A stretch of 64,000 bases of DNA, taken from IMG/VR virus record IMGVR_UViG_3300038679_000021, positions 20,560 to 84,559 of that record; one strand, 5' to 3'. Under the pieces are notes generated by a model. It saw nothing but the letters and a program-made list of their open reading frames with translations, did no database searches and was not told the DNA's origin. This DNA is from a virus (Duplodnaviria; Caudoviricetes). The first letter of the stretch is position 1. Each line of letters starts with the position of its first letter. Shown piece by piece: positions 8,676 through 18,397 of this stretch. The position numbers and the translations under genes are program-made.

Positions 8676-11600
8676 CTACGCGAAGACGCCGCCACCCTTA
8701 TTTAGAGCCGCAGCGATCTCAGCCGTATTCTTGTTAATATCACCGAGATTGTCTTCCGGATCAAACTCTGGGCCTTTATTAGAGGGAATCCCAGAAGTGC
8801 CAGCCCCGCCAACAGAAAGATAGGGACTAGGCACTCCATTCATAAATCCCGCAGAAAGGGATTGCAAGAACTCATAGAGACCCGCGCCGCCAGCAACGTT
8901 GGCGATCTCAATCATTGTGTCTTTGGTTTCTGCCAAAGACTCGTTAAGTTTTGCATTCTCTTCTGCACTCTTAGCAATAGCGTTAGGAAGAACATTCTCT
9001 AAAGACTGAATCTGCAACAAACGCTCTAGGAGTTTATCAAGAGGAATGTTCGCAAACCAGTTGTTGAAGCTCTTTGAGCCCGGAACAAACCTCTGAAGAG
9101 CGGCTCCTTTTCTCTTCTCCCTCTCATCAAACTCTGCAAGAGCCTGCTGTCGATTAAAAGTAACACTAGGCCCCTCTCCGGGGAACTTCTTCTGCAAAGA
9201 CTCCTCGAACTCAGAGCGTCGTTTAGCTAGACCTTCTTTGCTGCTAAACGCAGGGAAAATAGCGGAGAAGACTTCGCGTATCTTGGCAGCAGTACCAGAA
9301 AGAGTAGTTTCAGCGGTCTTCTTCCCAAGAAACTTTTCTTGGGCAATCTGATTCTGTATTCCGGTAGGGAGAGTGTTTGCAGTGATCGCAAAACCGAACT
9401 TCTTTTCGAACTCTTGGGAAAGACCTTGAACAGCTTGAGAGGAGTCGATAGCTTCCTTAGAGATACCCATAGCCCTCATTTTTGCAAAGAGAACTTGGAA
9501 TCTCTGGTAGAAAGGCCCCATTGCTGCTTCAGTCTTACTGTAATCCCCAAGCGGAGAGGCTTGAGCCCGATCTTCGGCAACCGCTCCGATTGTCTCACCG
9601 AAGATAGCAACTTTTCTCTTTATCTCGGCAGATGCCTTAGCTGCTTCCTGATTCCCTGCAAATCGCCCGAACAGAAGTTCCCTGAAATAATCTTTCGGGA
9701 TATCCGGATTCAGCGCACTGATTTCGTCCAGAGCTTCCGCCATATTTGCCTTAAAGCCCTCACCAAAGTTTGCAACGCTCTTCTTGATGTCGCCTTTCAT
9801 TTCCGTCAAAGCAACCTGAAGAGTTGCCTCAACACCAGCTTGCCGCAAAGCATCAATGACTTGGGAAACAACCTCGGAAGCCCCGCTATCACCTAAGTTT
9901 TTAATAAGGGCTTCGTCGAGAACCTGAGTAACGAAGTCACTGGGGTCTCTTTTAAGACCGAGAGTTTCATTTAACCTAAGCGAATCCTCGATAGCTTTAG
10001 TAACTGCCTTACCTACTTGAATAGCCGAGTTCGCACCAACTCCCGACTTCTCCAAGGCAGCAGTAACTTTACTCCCAATTGTCTCTTCCTCTGACAGGAT
10101 AGGATCAAAACCATAACGTTGAGTGAAAGTTTCGCGCAACATTTTTGCGCGTTCTTTGTTGGCTGCTACCGCTTCTCTTTGAGAAGCTACAAACTTTCTA
10201 CCTACGTCTATAGGTTCCGGTGAAGGGTAGTCTAAAGAAACGTTGGACTCTTTCAGTCTCTTAGCTTTCTCTATGATCCGTGAGGTTTCCTCCCACATCC
10301 TGTCTTCAAAAGAATTCGCGTCTAAGAAAGCCTCTCGGAACTCTTTGATTTGCCTACGATCAGCAGAGGATCGATGGGCCGTGGCGATCTCGCTTTTTAC
10401 ACTAGATGGGAGAAGAGGCTTCGCAACAAAAGCCCTTGCTGCGGTCATTCCGGGCAAGTTAAGCCGTAAAATATCCGCAGTAAAGGCATTTGCCATCAGC
10501 TTACCGAGCCCGATGAAAATACCTTTAGAAGCTGCGAAAATAGAGATTAGTAGATCCGCTAGAGATTTGACCAGCCCCTTCAAAAGGATGTAAACCATCA
10601 TTAACGTCTTCTTGAAGTCAAGTTTCTCACTTGCCATCTTAAAGGCGTCACCAAGAGTACTCCCGAGGGCTTTGGCAAAAGGCGCACCACGGAACTCCCA
10701 CCAACTTCTGATCTTCTCAGAGGTAGCCTTAACTATTTTCCAGATATTCTTGAAACCAGAGGTCATCCTCTCAACAAAACCCTCTCCTGAACCTAGTGCA
10801 TAGATCAAAGTGGTAATTGCCATGATCGGAATGGACATTAACGTGAGTTTCACAAGAAGAAAACCGAGCCGAAGAAGCATTAAGCCAATCAGCTTGAGAA
10901 GAGAGGCAAGACCTTTCAAACTGAGAAATGCTAACATCTTCAGAACTGCTTTGACGGCACTTCCGCCGAGAACTCGCATAGGCGCGGTCATGTGTCGCCA
11001 TGTTCCGGCAACCTTGGAGAAGCCAAGAAAAGCCATTACCCCTGCGAGACGACCAAGCACCGCTCGAAAAGCCACAAATCTCACGACAGCCAAACCAAGA
11101 GCCGCCTTTATGATTGCAAACTTAGCCACAGCAATAGCTCCTAATGCGGCAAAAGCTGCCCCTATTTTCCCTCCCGCAATAACTACCCATAACTTCGAAA
11201 AGCTGGTTGTTAAAAGCGTAAGAGGGAAGAGAATACGGAGGATTACTCCAAGTACGTTTTTCACAAGACTGAAGCCAAATAAGGCAAACAGCATAGGGAA
11301 TCCCATAAGAAAAACCCTAAACTTAGAAAAAAGGGCCATGATAACTAGAACTGGCCCCACGAAAGCTGTAAAGACGCCAAAACTGACCACGGCTGTTTTT
11401 ACCTTGGACGGAATCTTGGCAAAAGCGTTAGAAAATCTATCAATCTGATCTGCGGCACGTCGCACGACAGGAGCAAGATGTTGCCCTAAATCGATCCAAA
11501 ACGCCTTGAGGCTTTGAGCTACTCTATCGAGGACGAAACCAAGAGATTTAGTTTGTTCCGCAAACATTCGTTGCGTCATTCCGGCAACGTTGGAGTAAGT

Positions 11601-12524
11601 ACCAACTCTCTGCATATCCGCTGCGAACTCTCTGCCATCATTTCGCGTAAGGCTCATTGCCGCACGCATAGCGCGGATATCTAACTTTAGCTTCCCGATC
11701 TCTTCTGCGGAACCATGGGTCACACCTTGTAACCACTTAAAAGCACCTCCGAGACCTTTTGCACGAATCATTGCCGAACCAGAAGAGTATCCAGCTTCCT
11801 TGATCTTATCAATAAACTTTCCGGCGGGCTTGATGAAGGCTCGCATCATCGAAGATAAGGCAAAGGCGGCACTCGCAGAAGTAAAACCAGCACGGGTGAT
11901 TGTAGCCATTGCTGCGGAAACTTCACCAATGGAAACACCAGCAGCGGCAGAATTCGCCATGACATCGCCCATGTGGGCGGCAAGTTCCTCAAAGGTAATA
12001 ATACCCCACTTAACTGTGGCGAGCATGTGATCGCTTACTTTTTCGACATCCTGCGCGCTCATCGTATAAGCGTTCAAAGTACTTGCTAGAACTTTGGCAG
12101 CAGCCGCAGTAGTGGTCAACCCGGCGCGTGACGCCAGAGCTGCAACTCGGAGAATCTCCAAGGAATCCGCACCGAAGAATGCGGCTGAAGTGATATCATA
12201 CAAACCTTTGGCAAGGTCTTCGGGAGGCTTACCAAACTCCCGAGACAGCTTCATAACAACTTCGGTATAACTCTTGAGGGTCTTTTCAGAGACTCCCGCA
12301 AGAGTATTGACGTTCCGCATTGCGGTATCAAGAGCAGCAAATGATTTTACTGCCTTATACCCTGCCGCTGTAAGAGCCCCAGTAAACGCGAAAGACATCT
12401 GGCGACCAAGAGCCAGCATCCTATTTTCGGTATGATTAACGCGTGTGACTAACTTGTCTAAAGCTCCCTTGGCTTGCGACCAGTCTGCCCCGATTTGAAT
12501 GCCTAATGCACCAATGGAAATCAT
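8676..12524 (-). CDS. Tape measure protein (TP901-like)
   Basis: 1282 aa, Ala/Gly-rich helical protein; N-terminal 'FAALDTAMRNVNTLAG...LAKGLYDITSAAF' pattern; hydrophobic central block; follows the frameshifted chaperones. Confidence 0.93.
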   Translation of the reverse strand: MISIGALGIQIGADWSQAKGALDKLVTRVNHTENRMLALGRQMSFAFTGALTAAGYKAVKSFAALDTAMRNVNTLAGVSEKTLKSYTEVVMKLSREFGKPPEDLAKGLYDITSAAFFGADSLEILRVAALASRAGLTTTAAAAKVLASTLNAYTMSAQDVEKVSDHMLATVKWGIITFEELAAHMGDVMANSAAAGVSIGEVSAAMATITRAGFTSASAAFALSSMMRAFIKPAGKFIDKIKEAGYSSGSAMIRAKGLGGAFKWLQGVTHGSAEEIGKLKLDIRAMRAAMSLTRNDGREFAADMQRVGTYSNVAGMTQRMFAEQTKSLGFVLDRVAQSLKAFWIDLGQHLAPVVRRAADQIDRFSNAFAKIPSKVKTAVVSFGVFTAFVGPVLVIMALFSKFRVFLMGFPMLFALFGFSLVKNVLGVILRILFPLTLLTTSFSKLWVVIAGGKIGAAFAALGAIAVAKFAIIKAALGLAVVRFVAFRAVLGRLAGVMAFLGFSKVAGTWRHMTAPMRVLGGSAVKAVLKMLAFLSLKGLASLLKLIGLMLLRLGFLLVKLTLMSIPIMAITTLIYALGSGEGFVERMTSGFKNIWKIVKATSEKIRSWWEFRGAPFAKALGSTLGDAFKMASEKLDFKKTLMMVYILLKGLVKSLADLLISIFAASKGIFIGLGKLMANAFTADILRLNLPGMTAARAFVAKPLLPSSVKSEIATAHRSSADRRQIKEFREAFLDANSFEDRMWEETSRIIEKAKRLKESNVSLDYPSPEPIDVGRKFVASQREAVAANKERAKMLRETFTQRYGFDPILSEEETIGSKVTAALEKSGVGANSAIQVGKAVTKAIEDSLRLNETLGLKRDPSDFVTQVLDEALIKNLGDSGASEVVSQVIDALRQAGVEATLQVALTEMKGDIKKSVANFGEGFKANMAEALDEISALNPDIPKDYFRELLFGRFAGNQEAAKASAEIKRKVAIFGETIGAVAEDRAQASPLGDYSKTEAAMGPFYQRFQVLFAKMRAMGISKEAIDSSQAVQGLSQEFEKKFGFAITANTLPTGIQNQIAQEKFLGKKTAETTLSGTAAKIREVFSAIFPAFSSKEGLAKRRSEFEESLQKKFPGEGPSVTFNRQQALAEFDEREKRKGAALQRFVPGSKSFNNWFANIPLDKLLERLLQIQSLENVLPNAIAKSAEENAKLNESLAETKDTMIEIANVAGGAGLYEFLQSLSAGFMNGVPSPYLSVGGAGTSGIPSNKGPEFDPEDNLGDINKNTAEIAAALNKGGGVFA

Positions 12525-12837
12525 GATCCGATTGCCCCGCTAACGTCATTTAAGCTAAACTGCTTCTTTCCAGTTTGCTGCGCTAGCAACTTCATATAAG
12601 TAATGAAGGACGAATTAGAGTCACCAGACGACTTAGAACCACCCTTTTTATACTCTTTTCCTGCCTGAAGTTCAAGCCACTTCACCATGCCTTCGGCATA
12701 TTCCATAAACTGCGGGAGGGTGAGAGCCGCGATTTTTTCCGGCTCACACCCTCCGTAAAACTTACCGAGAAAGGCGAAGGTTAATCCCCAGTCAACGTCG
12801 GAGAGGCTCCCGCTAGAGACTGTTGAACTTCCGTCTT
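12521..12837 (-). CDS. Tail assembly chaperone C-terminal extension (gpT-like, -1 frame)
   Basis: No independent start; reached by -1 shift at A AAA AAG (GLKKK|DGSSTV); ends overlapping the tape measure start. Confidence 0.85.
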
Positions 12838-13239
12838 TTTTTTCAAGCCGCAAAGGTACTCAATCCAAGGTGTGAGTTCGTTGAGGTTCTCGATTGTCAC
12901 CAGAGCCTCGATATCGGCCAGAGTGATCTCAGGGTGCATCTTCACAACACCCATCCAGATGATCCTCTGCACACCAGACAGCGTGCGGAATTCCTCCTGC
13001 ACCTTTTCCATCAGAGCGGAGCCCGTAGGAAGCTCACGCCAAACCCTCTGGAGAAACTCCACCTTTTCCGCACCGGAAAGCGTTGCTGCAATGCGCTGGG
13101 CATTCGAAAACTCGCGATCAGTGACGAGCTTCTCGAAAGAAGCGAAAAGGTCACGAAGGGAGAGTTGCTGCGCCTGAAATTCCCGATCACCAAGCTTCAG
13201 GGTGATGGGAGTATTGACCATGTTCTTGAAGTCGATCAT
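12781..13239 (-). CDS. Tail assembly chaperone (gpG-like)
   Basis: Upstream of the tape measure with a slippery site near its 3' end. Confidence 0.85.
   Translation of the reverse strand: MIDFKNMVNTPITLKLGDREFQAQQLSLRDLFASFEKLVTDREFSNAQRIAATLSGAEKVEFLQRVWRELPTGSALMEKVQEEFRTLSGVQRIIWMGVVKMHPEITLADIEALVTIENLNELTPWIEYLCGLKKKTEVQQSLAGASPTLTGD
12835..12843 (-). other. Programmed -1 ribosomal frameshift slippery site
   Basis: Minus strand TTG AAA AAA AAG ACG; heptamer A AAA AAG fits X XXY YYZ; the -1 frame is open to 12521. Confidence 0.88.
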
Positions 13240-13240
13240 A

Positions 13241-14371
13241 TCAGACCTCGATAGCTGCGAGCAGCTTTGTTACTACATTATCAGCCTCAAACTCTGAAAC
13301 TTGGGCGCGGACACTTTCGGGATCGTAATCCTGCCGATGCTCGAAAGCCTCAGAAAGAATCTTCACTGCCGCACCTTTGTCGATATGTCCCCAGAAGACT
13401 TCGGCATTATCCATGACATTGGTGCAAGGAATCCCGAAACCAGACTTGATGAGTTCCGTGCAAGCGGAGTTCTGCGCGGCGATGACAGGGGTTCCGCAAG
13501 CCTGAGCCTCAATCAGAGGCACACCAAAGCCCTCACCCTTGCTTGTGTTCAGGTAGAAATCACAAGAAGAGTAGAAAGGCATCAAGTACTCGATCCCCAA
13601 CATGCCGCAGTCGTACATATACTGCGGAGAGAAGATGAGATTCTTCTCAGGGATTTGGAAGAAATCCCGAAGACGAAGAAGATTGAACCCACCTGTTGAG
13701 GAATTGGTTGTGGAATGAATCATCAGCAGAGCATCAGGATGCGTCTTGATGAACTTAGCCCACACTTCGAACATCGCGCAAACATTCTTCCGATCCTGCA
13801 TAGCGATGATGTTCGCGAAGACCGCACCAACAACGAAACGCTCTCCCAACTCTGTTTTGATGAGAGGGCTGAGAATATCTCTGGCGTCTTCTTTGGAAAG
13901 CGACGTATTGTATTCCTCGGGATCAAAAGCCAGAGGAACATACGTGCTAGGGAACCCTGCATGCGTGAGGACTTCCTTACCGAATTTGGACATCGCCAGA
14001 ACCTTCTTAGTTCCTTTGAGGCCCCTAGCGGTCAGAGGATGAAGAGGCCAGCCATCGATGACTGCCCACACAACCCAGTTCGGAAGTTGACCAAAAGCTT
14101 CATGCTCAAGATTGTAGATGTCGAAAAGGGAGAGACAAACATCGGCGTTGAAGTGCTTGTAGTGCTGCCGAATATACCTACTGCCATAATCTTTAACAAG
14201 TGCGTGAGTGGGGTAAATAGGAATGTCGTTCCACATTATCGGAGTGAGGGTGCCGACAGTAGAGGCACAGGCAACATCGTGCTTTTCTGCGAGTCGTGGA
14301 AGCAAGAGCTTGGCTTGCTGTCCGTAACCAGTGGGATTCGTCGGAGGGACCGTATGGAGCAGGATTCTCAT
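13241..14371 (-). CDS. Glycosyltransferase, GT4-like (GT-B fold)
   Basis: N-terminal MRILL...PTGYGQQ and C-terminal EGFGVPLIEAQACGTPVI (EX7E). Confidence 0.9.
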   Translation of the reverse strand: MRILLHTVPPTNPTGYGQQAKLLLPRLAEKHDVACASTVGTLTPIMWNDIPIYPTHALVKDYGSRYIRQHYKHFNADVCLSLFDIYNLEHEAFGQLPNWVVWAVIDGWPLHPLTARGLKGTKKVLAMSKFGKEVLTHAGFPSTYVPLAFDPEEYNTSLSKEDARDILSPLIKTELGERFVVGAVFANIIAMQDRKNVCAMFEVWAKFIKTHPDALLMIHSTTNSSTGGFNLLRLRDFFQIPEKNLIFSPQYMYDCGMLGIEYLMPFYSSCDFYLNTSKGEGFGVPLIEAQACGTPVIAAQNSACTELIKSGFGIPCTNVMDNAEVFWGHIDKGAAVKILSEAFEHRQDYDPESVRAQVSEFEADNVVTKLLAAIEV

Positions 14372-14406
14372 TATCTACCTCATTATGTTGATTCTCAAAC
14401 TTAGGC

Positions 14407-14439
14407 GAGGCGGGGGTAGGGGAGGACTACCCCCGCCTC
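14407..14439 (-). terminator. 13-bp GC stem-loop after the tail tube gene (weak U-tract)
   Basis: GAGGCGGGGGTAG-N7-CTACCCCCGCCTC. Confidence 0.6.
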
Positions 14440-14451
14440 TAGGGCTGGGGA

Positions 14452-14841
14452 CTAGGACGGATTCAAATTGATCGTAACGACACCGCTGAAGCGGAAGTCG
14501 CAGGTGTACTGAACCACACCATCCGAAGGAGTCTCGACCTGCCAGTTAGTCGTAAAGGCAGAGCCAGAGATCGAAACATCGAAGGCATCACCAGCAGCGC
14601 AACCATCCGTCGATGCCATCGTAAGGCTGACTGCGACCAAGCAATCAGAGAGCGACGGAATATGCGAGCCAGTGCAGACGAAGGAACCAGAAGCGGACTT
14701 CAGGCCCTTGACGAAAACTTTCCAGCCAGCGTTGTGTCCAGCCTCGACCTCATCGGACGCGACTGCAACGTTCCAGCTTTTCAGTTCGCTCACCGTTCCG
14801 GTAGCGAAAGAAACAGCACCCTTAACACCAGAGATAGCCAT
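14452..14841 (-). CDS. Major tail tube protein
   Basis: 129 aa, S/T-rich beta protein (SWNVAVASDEVE...KGLKSASGSF...VQYTCDFRFSG); between the tail terminator and chaperones; followed by a hairpin. Confidence 0.75.
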   Translation of the reverse strand: MAISGVKGAVSFATGTVSELKSWNVAVASDEVEAGHNAGWKVFVKGLKSASGSFVCTGSHIPSLSDCLVAVSLTMASTDGCAAGDAFDVSISGSAFTTNWQVETPSDGVVQYTCDFRFSGVVTINLNPS

Positions 14842-14857
14842 GATTTAGCCCTTTCGA

Positions 14858-15265
14858 TTACACACTCTGAAGAAGTACCTCATAGTGAATAACATATTGC
14901 CACAGATTTTCACCGGGGTCAAGCTGTTTTTCAAACGTTCTATGACAGTACACCATACTGAAACTTGCGCCACTAAGGCAGACATTATCAAACAAAGTCT
15001 TGGCAAGTTCCGCAATATCCAACGGAGAAGTTGGAGAAATGTCACTGGAGATAGTTAGTCGGAGAATCCCCTTGAAGAAAGTGACATTGTTTCCGGCAGT
15101 TTTCCATACAGAACTCGCCGGAAGAGTCATCACGATGTAAGGACTTGCCGTACCTTTAGGGGCTCTGGTTTGGTGTAACCCTCCAAGATTGGCGGCTCTC
15201 AGGGCAACGGCGGCAGCGGAGGTTCCGTTGTAAGCGGTCATACATGCGACAAAGAGAGGTTTCAT
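14858..15265 (-). CDS. Tail terminator/completion protein
   Basis: RAPKGTASPYIV pattern, ~135 aa, canonical position. Confidence 0.7.
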   Translation of the reverse strand: MKPLFVACMTAYNGTSAAAVALRAANLGGLHQTRAPKGTASPYIVMTLPASSVWKTAGNNVTFFKGILRLTISSDISPTSPLDIAELAKTLFDNVCLSGASFSMVYCHRTFEKQLDPGENLWQYVIHYEVLLQSV

Positions 15266-15774
15266 CGTTTTCCTGTCTTGATGATTCTTAGGACTTTATT
15301 ACTCACTGAAATGTCGCCTAAGATCGGAGTCATATACGGCCTTGGCTGAATCTTTCCGCCGCCAAACTCCAGTAACTCCGCGTAATCTCCGACAACTTTT
15401 GCGTTCCCCCTGTCATCAAATCCTACGAAGTCAGGATCAGGCCCGACAACCGCAGTTCCTTTTCCGGTCATTTGATAGGTGATTGATTGCCTAAGAGTGT
15501 CCGTCTTAACGTAGGGAGGTTCTCCGGGGGACGAATGTTCCTGATCGTCCATGTGTTCTTCCATACTCGCACGGATTCTATCAACTACTTCCTGCGCGGC
15601 TCTTTCGACCCTTCGTTTCATTTCCCTAGTAAGGGCCACACCTACTGCTGCGGATTCGATCTTGACCTTGATGCCTATTCCTTTACGCGCAGAGGTCATA
15701 GTAGCAAGCAAAGCCCTAACCCCCGTGGGCTTTATCCGCCTCCGTATAAACGAACAATCAACAAACCTACTCAC
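15262..15774 (-). CDS. HK97 gp10-like neck/tail protein
   Basis: PGEPPYVKTDTLRQSI...YAELLEFGGGKIQPRPYM motifs; exact start uncertain. Confidence 0.8.
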   Translation of the reverse strand: MSRFVDCSFIRRRIKPTGVRALLATMTSARKGIGIKVKIESAAVGVALTREMKRRVERAAQEVVDRIRASMEEHMDDQEHSSPGEPPYVKTDTLRQSITYQMTGKGTAVVGPDPDFVGFDDRGNAKVVGDYAELLEFGGGKIQPRPYMTPILGDISVSNKVLRIIKTGKR

Positions 15775-16087
15775 GAAGTCTCATCCATAGCTCGGTGTGG
15801 TGTGTCATGCCATGCTTTTGATCCACGTAGAGGACATCAAAAGTCCGCCCCCCATTAACAACACGCGATTTTGAAGTCACCACAGAGTTGGGAAGCATCG
15901 CTAGCTTATGAGTGCTGAAGACTGTCTCTTTCAAGAAGAGCTTCGATTGTTCCTCACCCTGAAGAGACCAAATCCTACAAGGTACAGAAGCGGCAAGAGC
16001 AAAAGTGCTGACTTCGCCACCAGCTTCATCTTGCGTGACAACTGGGGTATGAATCTCGGCTCTGGTATTGAAAGTGATGTGAATCAT
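15767..16087 (-). CDS. Head closure/head-tail joining protein (SPP1 gp16-like)
   Basis: QDEAGGEV...RVVNGGRTFDVLYVD pattern; 106 aa. Confidence 0.85.
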   Translation of the reverse strand: MIHITFNTRAEIHTPVVTQDEAGGEVSTFALAASVPCRIWSLQGEEQSKLFLKETVFSTHKLAMLPNSVVTSKSRVVNGGRTFDVLYVDQKHGMTHHTELWMRLRE

Positions 16088-16090
16088 ACG

Positions 16091-16624
16091 TTAATCCGTG
16101 GTTTCGTTGTAGCTACCAAAACGGTCAGACAGAAAGTGAGCGTCCATATAGGCCAGAGCTATCTCCCCAGTGCCCCACGTGTCCCCAGCAGACAAGCGGA
16201 TAAGCTTCACGTAAAGAATAGAAGAGTAAACCTCGTTCGTCGGCGCGGAAAGGTTAGTAATAATAGTATTGATCTTTTGTTTATACTGATCCGCGCTTGC
16301 CAACGTAATCGTGATAGTATTGGTGTTGGGGAGCGAGGCAGGAATCTCGTCGTTGTGATTATACCAACCCCACGCATAGCTGATCTGAATATCGCCAGCA
16401 GCAGCCGCAATAGGGATGAAGTGAAGGTGGACCGAATCGATAGGTGTACCGAGCGATTTGCGGTGGGGCATCTGAAAGACCATAGAGAAAACATCGTCAC
16501 GCGCAATGTGCGGCATCACTATACCAGTGGAACGGTATTGCCTAGGCGTATAAGTGGTAACGCCAGCAAGGGCTGTCTGAAGGATGCCCTGAATGTCGTC
16601 GTGATACTTATGGGATGTAATCAT
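16091..16624 (-). CDS. Hypothetical virion-module protein
   Basis: 177 aa, coupled to neighbours. Confidence 0.55.
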   Translation of the reverse strand: MITSHKYHDDIQGILQTALAGVTTYTPRQYRSTGIVMPHIARDDVFSMVFQMPHRKSLGTPIDSVHLHFIPIAAAAGDIQISYAWGWYNHNDEIPASLPNTNTITITLASADQYKQKINTIITNLSAPTNEVYSSILYVKLIRLSAGDTWGTGEIALAYMDAHFLSDRFGSYNETTD

Positions 16625-17460
16625 GGAACCCTCATCAGTTCATTGGTGTAGTAGTTTGACTGATAGTAGATGATCGATCTCAAAACAAGATTAGACTCCC
16701 CAACTTCGGAAATGTTAAACCAATTGGTTGCAACACTATTAGTTAAGATAAGGTTTGCTAACCCAGAAGAAAGAAGGGCTGTGGCTAGAGGATCAGTCTC
16801 TTTCGGAGAAGGTGCAACGAAGATAACCCCCTGATTATTGTGCGAAACTACACACCTACCGATAATCAAAGGAGCAGTCTGCCCTTCACCAATGTAATTG
16901 GTGGTGATCGCTCCAGCATTTGTTGATAGATAAAGTAACGCCCCTTCTTCGAACATAGAAGTGTTAAGTTCCCTTACCAATCCGTAAGAAGTAACGATAC
17001 CTTCTTGATTATTGGTAATGTTATGAGTTGCAATGCCGAGTACTCGCGTTCTCAAAGGATTATCGGCATCAGCAAGAGCACCTGAAATCCTATTCCCCGA
17101 CGCAGAAATACAACTTACGACACACCCATTAGAAATCGTCGATCCATGTTTATTTACTATTCTTATCCACTGCTCTTGCCCTACCTGCAACTTCGCAGGC
17201 AAGTCGGGAATTAGAGTAAGGGTATGGTCGTCTACATCCCAGTATACCTGCCCCTCAGTGGTAAAACCATTGTCATACGGAATAAACTGAAAAGACCGAA
17301 TATGGTTAAGGTCATTCGTACCAAGAGAAATCCCATTGGTAAAGACAGGCTGTAAATTAGGATTTACGACAATCCCGTTAGTGTCGGTTTGTAGGTAATG
17401 TCTGATATCCAACCCGAAGCAGCTAGTGGCAATCAGTAGAAGAGGGATTACGTGTTTCAT
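16621..17460 (-). CDS. Signal-peptide-bearing protein with fibre/decoration-like beta domain
   Basis: MKHVIPLLLIATSCFG|L; GIATHNITNNQEGIVTSYGLV...GALLYLS resembles small beta domains in phage appendage proteins. Confidence 0.55.
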   Translation of the reverse strand: MKHVIPLLLIATSCFGLDIRHYLQTDTNGIVVNPNLQPVFTNGISLGTNDLNHIRSFQFIPYDNGFTTEGQVYWDVDDHTLTLIPDLPAKLQVGQEQWIRIVNKHGSTISNGCVVSCISASGNRISGALADADNPLRTRVLGIATHNITNNQEGIVTSYGLVRELNTSMFEEGALLYLSTNAGAITTNYIGEGQTAPLIIGRCVVSHNNQGVIFVAPSPKETDPLATALLSSGLANLILTNSVATNWFNISEVGESNLVLRSIIYYQSNYYTNELMRVP

Positions 17461-18302
17461 ATAGCTTCCACAGTGGAGTTTCCTTCGGAATCGATCTTCA
17501 AGCGCATACCCGCCGCGATGTTGAGCTTGCCGTTGAGGATGGCATCTACCTCTGCCGCAGAGTAAACAACAGAATCCAAGGGGGTAATCGTCCCACCAGA
17601 GACTCTAGTAGCAGTCTCAGGCCCGTTGAGGAACAAGGAAGCCATGGAAACATACCGGCTGAGAATTCGGTCGATCTCAAGGAATCCAGTGAGAGAGTTT
17701 CCCTTCGCGAGACGGGAGTTGTTCATGAACGAAATCGAGAAATCTCCGATAGAGTAACTCCCAACCCCCGCAGGAGCCATTCCGGACTGTCCGGGGAGAA
17801 GAAGCTCGAAGGCATAAAGACAAATGGCCCTCTTGATCTCCAAAGGGGTGGTAAGCATGCCCCAGACCCCCGTAACCTGATAGTTCCTCTGCCCCGGCAC
17901 AAAGACGTACCCTCCAAGGGCGACGATCCTGCGGCGGCGGGAGTGGGGTCCGGTGGGGATGGGTGACAGGTAGTGGTGGCAGTTCGTGTAGTCTTCGTTC
18001 TCAACTAAGTCGTAAGCCGTGGAGATTACTCCGTCGTTCCATTCGAGTTCTTCCACCTTGGTGATGGAGAGAAGAGGATACATGATCGCGGGAGGGAAAG
18101 TCAGGGTGTTGTCACGGGCTCCATCGATCTGCCACACTTCGGAAAAAGCCCCGAAACGATTCTGAGTGACTCTTTCGAAGATTTCCTCAGTCTGGTTCAG
18201 AGCGGCCTGAATTTCAGAGTCGGAAAAGCTACTTACCGGAATTGCTGTTCCGTCTCTGCCTTTGAAAGCCCGGAACTCGGCGATTGAAACGTAGTTGCTC
18301 AT
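17457..18302 (-). CDS. Head-tail adaptor (gp6/gp15-like)
   Basis: Likely start MSNYVSIAEFRAFKG; Y.S..E..., IERVTQNRF, PLEIKRAICL, SYSIGDFSISF motifs. Confidence 0.8.
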   Translation of the reverse strand: MSNYVSIAEFRAFKGRDGTAIPVSSFSDSEIQAALNQTEEIFERVTQNRFGAFSEVWQIDGARDNTLTFPPAIMYPLLSITKVEELEWNDGVISTAYDLVENEDYTNCHHYLSPIPTGPHSRRRRIVALGGYVFVPGQRNYQVTGVWGMLTTPLEIKRAICLYAFELLLPGQSGMAPAGVGSYSIGDFSISFMNNSRLAKGNSLTGFLEIDRILSRYVSMASLFLNGPETATRVSGGTITPLDSVVYSAAEVDAILNGKLNIAAGMRLKIDSEGNSTVEAI

Positions 18303-18397
18303 GTCTGTTTCCTTGAAAAGTTCCCTGCAATCGTGTGCAGATAGCAAACCGGGGTGAGACCTTTCGATCCCACCCCGGCATCATACCGCATTTTCGG

